DNA of 22,056 nt from Promethearchaeota archaeon (GTDB taxonomy: Archaea > Asgardarchaeota > Lokiarchaeia > Sigyniarchaeales > SOKP01): assembly GCA_048940925.1 (NCBI GenBank), contig JBHLOC010000062.1, positions 1 to 22,056 on the forward strand, in the 5' to 3' direction. The notes below the pieces were generated by a model. The model was given only the letters and a program-made list of their open reading frames with translations. It did no database searches and was not told where the DNA came from. A program made the translations under genes and the position numbers. Below are positions 21,185-22,056 of the stretch, in pieces (the first letter of the stretch is position 1; every line of letters starts with the position of its first letter).

Positions 21185-21808
21185 TTATGTCGCTTCCATC
21201 GACTTTCCTGAAAGTCTTTTATAATGATTAAGTACGGCTTGACGAGCTGCATATACAAAAGCTCTTTTAACATTTATTCCTTGTATCGCTATCGTCTCGT
21301 AAATCAATGTATGATTTAACTTAGCAGTATCAAGTGCTTGACGGATCTTAGAAATTTCTACTATATCCTGTAAATCACGTTTATTGGCTAATACTACTAA
21401 TGGAACTTCTGGAGGAGCAAATGCTTCTGGTGGTATTAATTTATCCCCATAAAATCTTAATAATTCTTTTAAACTCCAAATATTCTCAGTCCATTGGTCG
21501 ATAAGAGAATCCCAAGTAAAAATGACTGCGTCTGTTCCTTTTAGAACCGTCTGGCGTTGAAACTTATGTCTTCGTTGTCCTGCAACTGTGTAAACTTGAA
21601 ATACAACGTTTGAAACTCTGGCAACAACACGATCGAAGAAAAGTGTTCGACCTGTTGGATCTTGGATTTGTTGCATATCTCCTGTAGCTAATCCTTCTTT
21701 CTTATAGACCCAATCGAGCGCTGTTGTTTTTCCACCTAAGCTTGGTCCATAAAAACAAATTTTGAAAACAAGGGTTCCATCTCCCCGACGACTTGGCAAA
21801 TGTATCAA
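21185..21808 (-). CDS. MglA-like small GTPase (start may be TTG 21799)
   Basis: G1 GPSLGGKTT, G2 RTLFFD, G3 YTVAGQ (MglA-type, no DxxG), G4 NKRD. GAGGA lies 9 nt upstream of TTG 21799. Confidence 0.88.
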   Translation of the reverse strand: MIHLPSRRGDGTLVFKICFYGPSLGGKTTALDWVYKKEGLATGDMQQIQDPTGRTLFFDRVVARVSNVVFQVYTVAGQRRHKFQRQTVLKGTDAVIFTWDSLIDQWTENIWSLKELLRFYGDKLIPPEAFAPPEVPLVVLANKRDLQDIVEISKIRQALDTAKLNHTLIYETIAIQGINVKRAFVYAARQAVLNHYKRLSGKSMEAT

Positions 21809-22056
21809 TCCTCAAGTGTAAATATTCTAAATATATAAATTAAATCTTATTAAATCTATAATATTTTTGTAATATAAAAATTTGCAAAAGAAAAGTTTTG
21901 CGGTTATTCACTAAGTGAAGTATTATTCTTATATGTGTTTACACCAAATATTTAAATATCATATAACAAATACTACGATTTTTTAATATCTCTTTTTTAT
22001 ACTTCTAAACCTGCTATTCAAAAAATCTAAAAGTTATAAATGTGATATCATTTCCC

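Overview
AT-rich archaeal chromosomal window. It is most likely from an Asgard archaeon (Lokiarchaeia-like), inferred from class I LysRS, an MglA-type GTPase, a Vps29-like phosphoesterase, zinc-ribbon proteins, gyrase, GAGGTG-type Shine-Dalgarno sites and TATA boxes. It holds a translation cluster (asnS, gatA, gatB, lysS), a divergent cofE-like/folP pair, gyrB-gyrA and assorted hydrolases. Main discovery: gyrB is split. Its conserved N-terminus (MPEDNVYDAEDIKVLKGLEGV, 10651-10713) is separated from RRRPAMYIG... (10767 onward) by a 53-nt frame-shifting, stop-containing insert. The insert's ends fold into a relaxed bulge-helix-bulge motif whose predicted cut sites restore the frame and the conserved sequence exactly. 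This is a candidate tRNA-endonuclease-type intron in a protein-coding mRNA. Secondary observations: a 37-codon paralogous remnant of the MBL gene, AsnRS next to GatAB with no gatC, a natural double quinolone-resistance-type GyrA, a probable ATA start codon, and a GIFT-like/RHH fusion coupled to a Vps29-like gene. No tRNA, rRNA, CRISPR array or transposase was seen.
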